Positions 1-13,465 of a stretch of 64,000 bases of DNA are shown here, in pieces (position 1 is the stretch's first letter; every line of letters starts with the position of its first letter). The notes below the pieces were generated by a model. That model searched no databases, was not told the DNA's origin, and saw nothing but the letters and a program-made list of their open reading frames with translations. A program made the translations under genes and the position numbers. This DNA comes from Gekko japonicus (Eukaryota): positions 261,216-325,215 of the forward strand of contig NW_015169781.1 in assembly GCF_001447785.1 (NCBI RefSeq), written 5' to 3'.

Positions 1-362
1 GCAGGCATGCCAAATAGCAGGTGGGAGATTCGGGACAGACCAAAGGAAGTATTTCTTCACGCAGCATATAGTTGATTTGTAGCACTCATGGCCACCAACT
101 TGGAAGGCTTTAAAAGGTGAGTGGACAAGTTCACGGAGTGCTGGGATATCAATGGCTGCTGGTCATGATGGATATCTACTTCCTCCAGCAGGAGAGGTAG
201 TACGCCTCTTTAAATCAGCTGCTGGGGAGCACAGGCAGGAAGCTGCTGCTGCAGTCCTCCTGTTGGTGGGCTCCCTAGAGGCAGCTGGCTGGCCACTATG
301 TGAACAGAATGCCAGACCTGATGGACCTTTGGTCTGATCCAGCATGACTCTTATGTTCTTAT
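1..362 (+). mobile_element. CR1 3' fragment
   Basis: RTDQRKYFFT-like text and a ggtctgatccagcatg...cttatgttctta tail. Confidence 0.75.
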
Positions 363-809
363 GAGTAATTTTGTTTTTTACACAACTAGCTACTGATCTT
401 TGCATAAGGAGACGAGACAAAAGCACGCTGTCTCTCATAATCCTTTGAGTGCTCCACTGCCAGGACAGGTGTTTGGACAAAAGCTTCTAGCTCTTTAAGA
501 GAAAGACAAACTCCTTTTAGAAAGGGCCGTGGCTCTGTGGGAGAGCACCTGATTTACACACAGAAGGTCTTGTGTCCGGTCCCCAGCAGAGGTATCTGGC
601 TGGCTGCTGTGGGAGATGTATTCTCAAACAACTAGAGCTTTGGTCTGAGCCAGCAGGGCTCGTCTTGTGTCCTTACAGCCATTGAGGAGGGTATATTAAT
701 AGCAACAGTAAAGATAGCAGGAGCAGCCCCTAAGCTGCGAGCGCAAAGACCCCTCTGCTGTGTATGACCCACTCACCTCACCCTTCCTGTTCAGTGCCGC
801 TCAACTTAC

Positions 810-924
810 CATTCTGTGGGTCAAGGGAGGCAAGCCACGATGAACAGAGGCCACGGCGAGGTTTACTAAGGCGTGTCTTGTACTGCACCACAGCCAGAAG
901 GATCTGGATTCTGTTGGGGAAAGC
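810..924 (-). CDS. NDOR1: NDOR1 coding exon 10 (gene continues beyond left edge)
   Basis: Reverse strand reads AFPNRIQILLAVVQYKTRLSKPRRGLCSSWLASLDPQN(G), matching the NDOR1 FAD domain; tag acceptor and gtaagt donor. Confidence 0.93.
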
Positions 925-1139
925 CTAGGGGCAGAGATAGGGGAAAGCAGTAGAAACGGGAGCCGGGGTGGAACGTCTCAAACGGAGGTACCTCCTGAAC
1001 CAGCTGGCTGGGCTAAGGGAAGTGCTCTTGAGTAAAGAAAAAAGGATCCAGTCCACAAAAGCACTGGATAGGAAGGACTTGCACCATATAGGTGCAAGTG
1101 AAGGTGCCAAAAAGGGCACCCGGGGTGAACAAGAGATTG

Positions 1140-1490
1140 GGGTACCTTCCCTACAGGAAAAGCATTCGGGGCAATTTTTTTCGTTTAAAAAATTTAAACC
1201 AAGGGCAGATATGATAGAATTTTATACATTTATGAATGAGAAGGAGAAAATTGATAAGGGCTGTTGTTTCACCTCTCATAAAAAACAGGGGCATCCAATA
1301 ATGGTGATGGGCTGGAGATCTGGGACAGAGAAAAGAAAGTACATCTCACTCTCAACCCAATGCACGATTAACTTATGGAACTCACGGCTACAAAACACAG
1401 CAATGATCACTAATTCAGATGCCACTGAAAGGAAACCAGACAAATTCAGGAGGAAGGAGAGGTCTATCAATGCTATTATCCATAATATTT
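1140..1490 (+). mobile_element. Old CR1 3' RT fragment
   Basis: Degenerate RADMIEFY...GHPIM...TEKRKY...INLWNS text. Confidence 0.65.
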
Positions 1491-1510
1491 CAGTGGAATA
1501 GATAAAACAA

Positions 1511-1795
1511 AGAAGAAGAAGAAGGAGAGAAGAGATTGTATTTATACCCCGCCCTTCACTACCCAAGGAAGTCTCAGAGCGCCTTACAATCTCCTTTCCC
1601 TTCCCCTCCTCGCAACAGACACTCTGTGAGGTAGGTAGGGCTGAGAGAGCTCTTTTGAGAACTGCTCTTGAGAGAACATCTCTGAAAGAACTTGTAACTG
1701 ACCCAAGCTCATACCACCAGCTGTGTGTGAAGGAGTGGGGAATCTAACTCCGTTCGCCCAGATTAGAGTCCACACTCCTAACTGCTATACCAAAC
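1511..1795 (-). mobile_element. tRNA-derived SINE (Squam3-like)
   Basis: Reverse complement of the 35860 family; (ctt)n tail; tRNA-like head. Confidence 0.7.
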
Positions 1796-3049
1796 CACTA
1801 CATCAAAGAGTCCTGATGCATCTGCTAAAGTGGGTTCTGATGTGTGAATGTTTATGCCACAATATTAGACCCAAGACATTTCTGAATGCAGCAGACTAAC
1901 TCGGGTACCCCTCCAGAGTCTATGTTCACAGGCAGTGTCTCTCTGAGCACCCGTCTCAGGGGGTGGGGGAGCCACAGAAGGTCGTTGCCTTCAGGCTATA
2001 GCTGTGGGCTACCTAGAAGTGTCTGGTTGGCCACTGTTGGAAAAAGGACACTGGACTAGATGAACCTTTGATCTGACCCAGCTGGGCTTCCCATTGTACA
2101 CAGGAGAAGTTCTCCTCTCTCTTGCTCGTGACCCTCTCATCCAAATGTGACTTTGCAATTTGGTATCTTGAGTAGGGGCTGCACATCATCCCCCCCCCCG
2201 CTCTACAGATGCAGACTGCTGCTACAAGAAGTAAACGGGTGATGTTGAAGTAGCCGTGTTTGCAAGAGAGACATGGAAACACATCCTAAGGCAATATTGA
2301 GAAGCCAGAGTCCCCCCCACCTCACACTCAGAGCACAATCTCCATACCCTTTATTAAGACCAACCAAATGACGCTTGCCACTGTGCGTGTGCTTTTCAGT
2401 TCACTAAAACCCCTGGAAGCCATTTGCCATCCTGCCTCTTTAAGCATTATTTTTAACATCCAGTCTGATGAAGGGTTTTAGTGAACTTGAAGGCTCGCAC
2501 AGCAGTATGTGTCATTTCGCTGGTCCTAATAAAGAGTATTATGGGGGCTGTGTTCTGATTTTTTTTGGACATTACCTTGGGACATTACCACATGTGGCTG
2601 CTGAAAACTTGCCTCTTGAGTGCCATCTTCTGGTGAAATAACAAAATAACTGTGCCCCTGAAGTTAAAATGCAGTCTCTTATTTCTCCCCTCAATTGTAT
2701 TTTAGGTGTAGCTCATATAAAATGCATATAATTGTGCCAGTTTATATATGGCAATTACTTAAACAATAGATGCTGAGCTGCAAGAAACGCATAGCTCTTA
2801 GTAAATAAAACACAAATATTGCATATTTTCAATTGTACAACTAGAGGGAGAAGAATCTTTAACTCATCTCCTTCGCAAAGTAGCTAAGATCAGCTGTGCA
2901 AAACTTGAGTTGTCAGATAGCTCAGACCCACTATATCCTTGCAAGACTTGAGCTCATTATTCAGCATGCTAGAGTCTTGCAAGGCTGTTGGGCCTGTGTT
3001 ACCTAACAAGGGAGCTGTTACAGTTGGCAGCAGAGGATAGGACGTGCAA

Positions 3050-3285
3050 GAATGGGTTTAAAAAGGGCAGGAAGGTACCGGCTGAATATTAGGAATAACT
3101 TTCTTACAGTAAGAGTTGTTCAACAGTAGAATCAGCTGTCTAGGGAGGTAGTGAGCTCCCCCTCACTGGCAGTCTTTAAGCAGCAGCTGGACAAACATTT
3201 GTCAGGGATGCTCTAGGCCGATCCTGCACTGAGCAGGGGGTTGGACTAGATGGCCTGTAGGACCCCTTCCAACTCTGTGATTCTA
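3050..3285 (+). mobile_element. CR1 3' fragment
   Basis: ggctgaatattagg...gggttggactagatggcc...ccttccaactctgtgattct tail; same family as 16960-17370. Confidence 0.8.
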
Positions 3286-4028
3286 AATCAGGTTGTTAGG
3301 AGACAAACTAGATGAACAGAACGGTGTACATCTTGTATTTCTTCTTCAGCAAGATGTTTTCTGCCCCTGTTCATACAGCTTGTTTCCTATGCCCCAATCC
3401 AACAGAGAAAAACAACTCTTAAATGGGTATGACCAGGATTTCAAGCTCAGCAGTCCAAAACAGTTCAGCAACAGAATTCCCCCCCCCAAAAAAACAAGGC
3501 TGAGGCAAAAGTTGTCTGACTAGATGATACAGGGTGAAAGATACAGACACCAAGTGCATAATTTGGCCCTGGAGCATCAGATTGAGATGCCTGGCAAAGT
3601 CTTACTTTAGGATGGCATCAAGGTCCCCAGAGCTTTGCAAGACTGGTTTAGGATGGCATCCCTCCCCAGTGGTTTGCAAGACTGGCATCTACTGGGAGCA
3701 GGGCTTTCTCCACGACTATCCCAGTGCGCAGAATACTCTTCCATCTGTCTCCACCTCTAGTCGACTTTGGGGACAAGTGAGTAAATTTCTGCTTCCCCAG
3801 GGATTAAACGCTGAAAGCAGAGGATGTTTAATACAATGAAAGTTCTGCTAGGTGGCCTCATTGCTGCTGCTGTAGCCCTGGTTTTTAAACAGCATTTCAT
3901 TGTTTTACTGTTTTCAGGGTAATAGTTTTATTGTAATTTTTAATGGTTTGTAAGCTGCTTTAAAACTCAGTGAGTTGTGTGATATGCCTCTTGTCAACAA
4001 AACAGATCAAACACTGTCCCTTCCTTAC

Positions 4029-4136
4029 CAGCATCGAGGAAGCAATTGAGAAGGCACGAGGCCTGATCCGTGGGATGAGGTCAAAAAGATAATCGCATGG
4101 GATGGCACCAGTTGTGTGAGGAAAGTCATAGAGCAC
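4029..4136 (-). CDS. NDOR1: NDOR1 coding exon 9
   Basis: VLYDFPHTTGAIPCDYLFDLIPRIRPRAFSIASSML, containing the RxFSIASS FAD motif; cag/gtaagg; 108 nt, phase 0-0. Confidence 0.95.
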
Positions 4137-4281
4137 CTGGAGTGGGGAAAGGAGAGGAAAACAACATTGGGTTTGTTAGTGCAAAAGCCCCACCCAAAGC
4201 AGAATCACACAAATGCAGCAAACGCCCCAAGATGCAGAGCAAAGGCTGAAGGACCCAGAGAGAGCTGTGGGGCCACCCTAC

Positions 4282-4502
4282 CTCAAGAGTGGTCCTGCGC
4301 GGCCGGTTGCAGTAAGCGTAGAGTTCCTCCTGGCCTTGCGCAGAGCTGAACTCCTGCAGCTTCTCTTTCTCCAGTTCATCGGGTGAGAAATAGGAGAGGA
4401 GCTCGAAGAAAGAGCGTCGAGGGATGCAGGATATATCCAGGTAGCGGCTCACCAGGTGACGCACGCTGCACGGCTGGGGCAGGAGGGCAGGAAGGGGAGT
4501 GT
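4282..4502 (-). CDS. NDOR1: NDOR1 coding exon 8
   Basis: TPLPALLPQPCSVRHLVSRYLDISCIPRRSFFELL...YCNRPRRTTLE; tttcag/gtaggg; phase 1-0. Confidence 0.95.
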
Positions 4503-4822
4503 CTGAAACGGCACAAGAAGGAAAACACATCAGCATCTCTGGCAAGGTACCAGCAGTCCCCTAGGTGGCCACCTGCAGAAGACAGCCAGAAAAAGGTTCT
4601 GTTCCAGAATCCTTCATGAAGCCAACTTGGGCCAGTTGGAAATATTTCCAGGAGAGCCCTCAGGCTTCACTTCAGCCAGTGAAAAAGAACAGGCTACGCA
4701 GATCTCAGGCAGTCGGGTACAGGAGAGCAGTAGTCACCCCACACTGAAAGAGGCCCAGAGAGGACTGCAAATGGCTTTCCATGGTCATGTGGTTGGGAAG
4801 AGCATCAGGAAGCTGTCCATAC

Positions 4823-4944
4823 TTGACTCTGTAGGTCTTATCACAAAGTGCTTGTCAGGATCCAGGTGCAGAAGATTGCAGAAGAGCTGCACATCCTCAG
4901 GAGCATTGCGTGGCTGGATCATCACCACATCACCAGCAGCATAC
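4823..4944 (-). CDS. NDOR1: NDOR1 coding exon 7
   Basis: YAAGDVVMIQPRNAPEDVQLFCNLLHLDPDKHFVIRPTES; cacag/gtatgg; phase 2-1. Confidence 0.93.
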
Positions 4945-6294
4945 CTGTGGGGAAGAAGCAGCACCTGAGTGTGGCTTTTCCCACAAGGGGGCCACACTCC
5001 CACTGACAGGGAGGGCATTAGAACAGGTGAATATCCCCACACTTCCACCAAACCCACAGGGTGAGATTACACCAGCCACTGTTTCTTGGTCTAGGTGACC
5101 TCCCAGGGCTCTTGTGAGAATAAAACAGAGGAGGAGAGAACCACGGACTCCCTGGGATGAAGGGTAAGATAAAAGTGACAATAGAAGAGGATGATAGAAG
5201 AGGAAGGGTTCTGAAGGCTCTTCAGCGCCTGTTCTCAACAAGAGAGAAGTTGCAGACAGGAAAGAAGGATTCTGCAAGAGAGAACAAAGTACCTCTCCTC
5301 TTGGACAGCTTGTTCTTGTGAATGTTATTAGAGCTGGGCCTACCCCATCTCCTTCCCAGCACGTCCTGTCAATATGGGAGTGCTGGCAAGTCACTGTAGC
5401 TAAGGGCTACTATAGCTGAGCTGCTGAAGGCCAGGAAGTTCTGTCCACCCCTCCTCCTCCCTGCAGGTATAGGGCAAGCTACTGACTGTGATGGACAATG
5501 GATTCAGGACACACACAAAAGACTTCTTCACACAACGCATAATTCACTTGTGGAACTCACTGCTGCTAGCTGAGATGGCTTTAAAAGGGGACTAGACAAG
5601 TTCGTGGAGGATAGCCTATCAACAGCTGCGAGCCATTGTGGCTAATGGAACCTCCGTGTTCAAAAGCAGCATACCTCTGAATGCCAGCTGCTGTGGGCAG
5701 TGACAGAACGAAGCCTGGGCCTCTGTAGCCCTGCTATGAGCAGTCTGGGGGCATCTGGTTGGCTGCTGCAGGGAACAGGATTCTAGACTAGGCAGATCTT
5801 GGTTCTGATCCTGCAGGGCTCTTCTTTTAGTCTTCTTTTTAAATTATTATTAGTAATAACACAAAACAGTATAACAAAACCAGCATCTTTATGCCATTGT
5901 GAAACTCAAGATGGCTTCCTTAGGATGTTCAGGATGCCTCCCATTAAGGCATTAGCTAGATCCAGACATGCAGAGCTTCACTGGGCTTGCTGTATCAGGT
6001 ACCCTCCAATCGACATTCCATTTTGACCCACCTTATACAGACTGGGTCTGTGATTCTGACAAACCAAATAGAGCCTCCATGATTCAAGGCAGTGTACCTC
6101 CAACTGTTAGGAGCTGGAAACAGAAGAAGGCTGCCACCTTCATGGCCTGCTTATAAGTTCCCAGGAGCAGCTCAGCTCTCCACTGCAGGGAGACCAGCAC
6201 ACCAGACCTGATGCTCTGATCCAGGAAGGCAGGGCTCCTCCCTAAACAACCAAACAAAGGGGTATCCTCACATGAAGATGCAGAAGTCCCTTAA

Positions 6295-6413
6295 AAAAGG
6301 TAAAGGTAAAGGTTCCCTTGCTCGAAAGCCAGTCGAATCCGACTCTAGGGTTGCGGTGCTCATCTCCGTTTCAAAGCCGAAGAGCCAGCGCTGTCCGAAG
6401 ACGTTTCCGTGGT
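6295..6413 (-). mobile_element. Sauria SINE 3' portion
   Basis: (aaaggt)n is the reverse complement of the ACCTTT tail; same body as the 41057 and 62280 copies. Confidence 0.8.
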
Positions 6414-6807
6414 CTACCCATAAACTGCCTTGACACAATGCTATCACTCTGTGTAGAATGCCCATTGCCCTGGGCATGAGATTACATTGATTGCATTTTC
6501 GTTCTGCTTTCTGGCCAAAACTGACCTTTAAAAAGGCTTACAGCAATCGAAAAATACAGATATAACTAAAACAGAATATAAAGGTGTCCTGGGACATAGT
6601 GGAGGGCTAGGTTCAGGCACAGCAGTAGAGTGTCTAGTGGTTCTCCCTCAGCCTCAGGAATAGCAGCTGTAACTGGGAGGAAGAGACCTCCAGCCAGAGT
6701 TGCTCCCTGCACTAATTCTATGCCTGTTCCCCACTGCTTCCCAAACAGAAGCCCTAGAGAAGGGACCCTCTAGAAGCCCCAAATGGCACAAGCAAATGGA
6801 AGCTCAC

Positions 6808-7002
6808 TCCATTCCAGAGCCTGTGATATCGAACTCAATGAGGCGGACGTCCTGGAAATGAGATTCTGCCGTCACTCTCTGATTGGACACCATCCGGGCA
6901 GAGAAAGGATGCAACTCCGAAGGGGCTTCTCGAGTGACTTCCTCCTGTTGCATGGGACCAGAATCCTCTTCCAAAAACTGAAAGGTGAATTTGGGTGGCA
7001 AA
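6808..7002 (-). CDS. NDOR1: NDOR1 coding exon 6
   Basis: LPPKFTFQFL...MVSNQRVTAESHFQDVRLIEFDITGSGM; tccag/gtgagc; phase 2-2. Confidence 0.95.
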
Positions 7003-7706
7003 CTGGAGGAAAGAGAGCAACATGGAGGGAATTAAGTATAGCCCTTTTTATTTTGTACTCTGTCTCCGTTCGAATCAGCCACAAAGAACCAGTTCCTTTT
7101 CCTACAATTCTACAAAATGCAGACCCACAAGGTAACAACAGGAACCTACAAAAGCATGCAGATTCAGATTATAATCCGTTAGAGGACATCATCTGTACTA
7201 TTTTTTTAATCAAAACTCGCACCAGTAAAAGAAGCCCTGTGCCTGGATAATATATTTGCACCATGTATTCTGCTAGCCATGGAAAATAATAATGAGTTAT
7301 GCAAATGTTGTGGCTGCCCCCTGACTTTGGGAATACCTAACGTATTCTTTCTTCTGACTCCCAAGATGTCACATATCACCAGGCTTACAACCTATCATCT
7401 GGTTTACAACCAGAAGGGCTAGAATCCTGAACACACAGAACTGCCTTATACTGAATCAGACTGTTGGTCTTAGTCAGTATTGTCTACTCTGACCGACAGT
7501 GACTCTCCTGGGTTTCTGGCAGAAATTTTTCACATCACCTGCTACCCAGTTCTTTTAACTGGAGATGCCAGAGATTGAAACTGGTCCCTTCTGCATTCAA
7601 CGCAGGGGTTCTGCCACTGAGCCACAGCCCCCTTGCTTCTTTAAAAGTAAAACTGGAGACAACTAAAGGCAAAATTCTTACAACACTGGTTTTCCTCTGT
7701 ACTTAC

Positions 7707-7808
7707 ATGACATCTGGACCAATGACATTAAGGCCGGCAGGAAGAGGATACAAAGCTAAGATTTTCCGCCACAAGTCCAAAAGCCAGGGATCAATTACTG
7801 CATCTGGG
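7707..7808 (-). CDS. NDOR1: NDOR1 coding exon 5
   Basis: PDAVIDPWLLDLWRKILALYPLPAGLNVIGPDV; tacag/gtaagt; phase 2-2. Confidence 0.93.
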
Positions 7809-8425
7809 CTGTAGAAAACAAACCAGAGATGGGAGTCATTTTGGATGAGGGAAGGAGCTACCTAAGCATACTCAGTGTTTGATCCTAGATGCAATTTCAA
7901 ATAGCAGACTGTATGAACCCCAGAAGACAAGGATCTCCCACAGCCACTAGGATTGTGTCTTTCCATGCTTGCAAGATACAAAGACGAAACATACATCTGA
8001 GCCCATGCAGACTGCCTTTATCTCCTTAGTACCCACGGCACCTACCTTCCCCAAATGAAGCTAGGAGAACATCATTTTTGTTCTTTCCTCCCAAATGGGG
8101 ACTCATCTTACATTAAAAAGGAAAACTGTACAGCAGGAAAAATCTGACTAAATGTCTAAGATGGTTTGTTTCTGATCGGGACAGAAGCAAAACAGATGAG
8201 GTAGCAGGCCCCTCTCCAGTGCAGAAGTGTCCCAGCTCCAGTGACAAAGTGTCTGGAACAAGGGAATAAACTGGCGAGTTTAGCACACGTGTGAATTCAG
8301 CAGTAAAGTGAGGAAGCCAGGGCACTAGTCTTCCCATATCTTTAAAAGGATAAGCATACTTTCCACAAACAGATCTACAAAAAACAGGAAATTTATTTTA
8401 AAAAGGGATTTAAAAAGAAGCAATT

Positions 8426-11375
8426 ATGAAGGTAGAATGTCAGCAGGGGGTTGGAGGCTATCCAGTCTATTGCACATAGTGCAACGTGTATGACTATCTG
8501 CCAGCTGGACAGAAGCCGTGGGTGTGTGCTCGGTGCAAGGAGCTCCTTGTCCTCAGGGAATGAGTTTGCACTCTCGAGGCCAAGGTGGCTGACCTGGAGA
8601 AGCAGAGACAGTCAGTTAGGCACACAGATAAGGCTCTTGGGGACTTGTTAGATGTGTCACATTCTGAGAATGGCAGTCCTGCCACTGTCAGGGAGCATGA
8701 GGGTCAAGGGGAAACAGGGCATTGTGCTGAAGAAACAAGGAATGTTCCCTCAGAAGGTACCTCTTCTACAGTTGGGGAACAGGCATCCTTTCGCACCAAG
8801 GAACCGTCCCTGGGCAGGGAAGGAGGGGGGCTCCTGGTGGTTTGATCCATAGGCATGTAGATAGATGGGTTGCAAACCAATGTACTGACCGCATGGTGAC
8901 TTGCCTACCTGGTGTGAAGGTAGCGGACATTACACGTGGACTAGATAGGACTGATGGACAGTGCTGGGGAGGAGCCAGCAGTCATGGTACATGTTGGTAC
9001 CAACGATGTGGGGAAAAGTAGTTGTGTGGCTCTAGAGGAAAAATTTAGGCTGCAAGGCAGGAGGCTCAAGGCCAGGACCTCCAAAGTAGCCTTCTCAGAA
9101 GTCCTGCCTGTTTCACATGCAGGGCCAACTAGACAGACACAAATTAGGAGCCTCAGTGTGTGGATGAGACGACGGTGTATGGAGGAAGAGTTTTCTTAGG
9201 CACTGGGATGCTTTTTAGAACAAGCAGGACTTGTACAAAAGAGATGGCCTCTCCACTTGTCCCAAGAAGGAACCAGGCTGCTGGTGCTTAAACTCAAAAT
9301 TGTGGTAGAGCAGTTTTTAAACTAAATCCTGGGGGAAAGCTGACAGGAGATTAAATGTCTCTGGTTCGGGATGGCTCATCTCTAAGAGGTGAAGGCACGG
9401 CTGTTAGTGTTCTAGAGGGGGGTGGATTAGCCTCTGTCTTCATTGTGGAAGATGAGAGGTGCTTGCCCACTCCAGAACCACCAATTTCAGGAATTGGATT
9501 GAGGTGGCAAGAGAGGAGGTCCTACAGCTGATGGACAAATTAAAAACTGACAAATCACCAGGCCCAGATGGCATACATCCAAGAGTTCTGAAAGAACTCA
9601 AATGTGAACTTGTGGATCTCCTGACAAAAATACGCAATCATTAAAATCTTCCTCCATTCTTGAGGACTGGAAGGTAGCTAATGTAACCCCATCTTTTAAA
9701 AAAGGTTCCAGAGGAGATCCGGGAAATTACAGGCCTGTCAGTCTAATGCTCATAGTGTGTAAATTGGTGGAATACATTATTAAATATAGAATTAGTAGGC
9801 ACACTGATGAACAAAAGTTACTGAGGAAGAAGGAGCAATATGGATTCTGTAAGGGAAGATCGTCTCACTAAACTTTTACAATTTTTTGAGGAGGTGAACA
9901 AACATGTTGACCAGGGTGACCCAGTAGATGTTGCTTACCTAGACATCCAGAAAGGTTTTGATACATGGAACTATATTGTCTGGCATATGGATGAGACCAG
10001 GGACTTTTATTTATATACTGCCTTTGTCCCTGGAAAGTGCAGCAGTGGAATAGTGCTTAATGCCATCTGGTTAATTGATTCTGATGTGCTTGTTTAGTTT
10101 TAATTGTTAAATTGTTGATGTTTGTAATCCACTCTGAACCAGAGAGCACTGTGAGGAGCTCCAGAGAGATCTGTTGAGGCTGGGCAAGCGGGCATCAACA
10201 TGGCAAATGAGGTTCAGCCAGGGCAAGTGGAAAGTAATGCACATGGGAGCAAAAAACCCCAAACATAAATATATGTTAATAGGGTCCGAACTGGTGGTAA
10301 CTGACCAGGAAAGAGACCTTGGAGTCGTGGTAGATAACTCACTGAAGATGGTGACTCAGTGTGCAACTGCAATAAAAAAGGCAAATGCTATGCTGGGGGG
10401 TTATTAGGAAGGGGATTGAAAACAAATCAGCCAGTATCATAATGCCCCTCTATGGTGCGTGCTCATTTGGAATATTGTGTACAGTTCTGGTCCCTGCACC
10501 TCAAAAAAGATATAGCATTGGAAAAGGTGCAGAAAAGGGCAACTAAAATGATTAAGGGGATGGAATACCTTCCCTATGAAGAAAGGTCAAAGAGGTTAGG
10601 GCTCTTCAGATTGGAGAAATAATGATTGAGGGGTGACATGACAGAGGTTTACAAAATTATTCATGGGATAGAGAAGGTACATAAGAACATAAGAGACGCC
10701 AATGTTGGATCAGGCCAAAGGCCCATCCAGTCCAACACTCTGTGTCACACAGTGGCCAGAAATACCAGTGCCATCAGGAAGTCCACCAGTGAGGCCAGGG
10801 CATTAGAAGCCCTCCCACTGTTGACCCCCCCCAAGCACCAAGAAGACAGAGCATCACTTGCCTCAGAGCCCCTATCTATACCTTGTGGCTAATAGCCACT
10901 GATGGACCTCTGCTAGAGAAAGAAGAATTTTTCAGGTAGAGAAAGAAGAACTTTTCTCTCTTTTTCACAATACAAGGACTCATGTGCAATCAATGAAATT
11001 AATAAGCAGTAGGCTTAGAACAGATAAAAGGAAGTACTTCTTCAGTCAAAGAGTAATTAACACATGGAATTTACTGCCCTGGGAAGTGGTGACGACTACA
11101 AGCATAGACAGCTTTAAGATGAGATTGGATAAATATGTGGAGCAGAGGTCCATCTGTGGCTACTAGCTACTGAGTACAGATGGAACACTATGTCTGGGAC
11201 AGTGATGCTCTGTATTCTTAGTGCTTGGGGGGCAATAGTGGGAGGTCTTCTGGAGTTTTGGCCCTGCTGATGGACCTCCTGACGGCACCTGGTTTTTGGC
11301 CACTGTGTGACACAGTGTTGGACTGGATGGACCACTGGCCTGATCCATCATGGCTTCTCTTATGCACTTATGCAT
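8426..11375 (+). mobile_element. Degenerate CR1 LINE (ORF1 zinc finger and SGNH esterase, RT remnants, 3' tail) in NDOR1 intron 4
   Basis: CxxC..CARC, VHVGTNDV, KSPGPDGIHPRVLKEL, GNYRPVSL, DQERDLGVVVD and RTDKRKYFF; many stops; EN region missing; interrupted by an inverted CR1 3' fragment at ~10679-10913. Confidence 0.9.
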
Positions 11376-11493
11376 GTGAGTTCACAAAGAGGGAACAGAG
11401 GAAAAAATCCCTCATGACCAGGCCCTCATAGAAGCCCAGCTAATACCAAGCCCAGGGTTCGCAGGAGAAGCAAACTGCAGCTGCCAATTCTTA

Positions 11494-11637
<144 letters not shown>

Positions 11638-11757
11638 TCAGCTTCTGCCCATCATTCCCAAAGACCTGCATTTGCTCCTGGCGACAACCACAGCAGCTTG
11701 AAACCTTCCCCAACCATTCTGCTTGTACTTCTCTCACAGATAAAGAAACTGAACTCA

Positions 11758-11892
<135 letters not shown>

Positions 11893-12204
11893 TCAATCCA
11901 CTGGGGCCTGAATCATTTGTAGCATCACACCCTATCTCTGTTTAGGAAGCGAAGTCACACTGCTAGCTGTCTACCAGGCAGGATTCTTTCTCAGCCCTGC
12001 CAGCTATGATTAGGAGATGAGATTCTTTCCCTGCATGATACAATTAATGGTCAAATTTTGAGTAAAGAAGCTTCAAACTTAGAGATAAGATAGAGTGCTG
12101 CGAAGCACTCAAGCTCCAGGCAAACTCAGTGGATCAGCTTGTTCTAGGACCCAACTCAATTGGCTATTCCTCTCCCAGGTCAGATTGCCCAGTAATCCAC
12201 ATCA

Positions 12205-12336
<132 letters not shown>

Positions 12337-12910
12337 TCATTAATACAGTCATTAAAACAAATTAAAGTACTTGCATATGTAACAGAGCATTCAAAGGCTA
12401 GTCTCAGTGGCTGCATTTTAAAAAATAGCTGATTTTTCAGTAATATGTATATTTCCATCAGCATGAAAAAGAATAACTAGTTCTGCTGAAAGGCCTGGTA
12501 CCCTGGCCAAAAGTGCAGCAGTTACTTCATCACTGACTCTTTCAGAGTAACTACAGAACAGCAATAAAGCTGCTACAGTGTGTATCTCCACTATACCACA
12601 AGGACATAATCACTGTTTTGAAGGGATTTGCTTGCAGCAGCCTTCAAAGATGGCAAAACATTACAACATGCTAATGTAAAAACTCCCCTATAATTCCATA
12701 CACAAGATTCTTCAATAATCTGCATAATTCTTAAGTATTGGATAAAGAAAATATTTTAGAAATGGGCAAACTAAATTGGAGGATGCAATATAATGTCTAG
12801 TTCTAAGCAATGGGGAGGGGTGCCCTTAAGTGTTGTGGGGATGACCCTGAAAAGCAAAGCAGATTAAATTCAGTAATGTGTGAAAAGAAAAATCAGTTGC
12901 TTCCTCCCTG

Positions 12911-13103
12911 ACCTGGATAGCCCAGGCAAGCCCCATCTCATCTGGCAAGTACCTGGATAGGAGACCTCCTTGGAATACAGGGAGGCAGGGGCAGGCTTTA
13001 TTCAGCCACCTCTCTGAATATCCTCCAGGCCTCCAGTAGGAGTCAGTCAACAGAGGTTGCCGTGACTTCCAGGTACACACATACTCACACTCGCACACAC
13101 ACA
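12911..13103 (+). mobile_element. 5S rRNA-derived SINE with internal deletion (also copied at 23950-24142)
   Basis: agtacctggataggagacc resembles 5S box C; ends in a CA-rich tail. Confidence 0.55.
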
Positions 13104-13294
13104 TGTGAAAAATACAGAAACAAAAAAAAATAATCAGTTGCTTTCCAAGAAGTCTATCCCAGACACCCTCATTTTTCAGGAAGCAGGGCAGCTAATGTGG
13201 ATCTTTACAAGATGTACTATTACCCCCATATTGCAGATAGGCAGGCTGAAGGTGTAAAAGCCACTGAATGAGTCTACAGTAGAGGTGAGAGTCA

Positions 13295-13465
<171 letters not shown>

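Noticed and set aside
968-1501. 177-aa ORF
   Set aside because: Largely a decayed CR1 RT C-terminus with a GTG start inside an NDOR1 intron.
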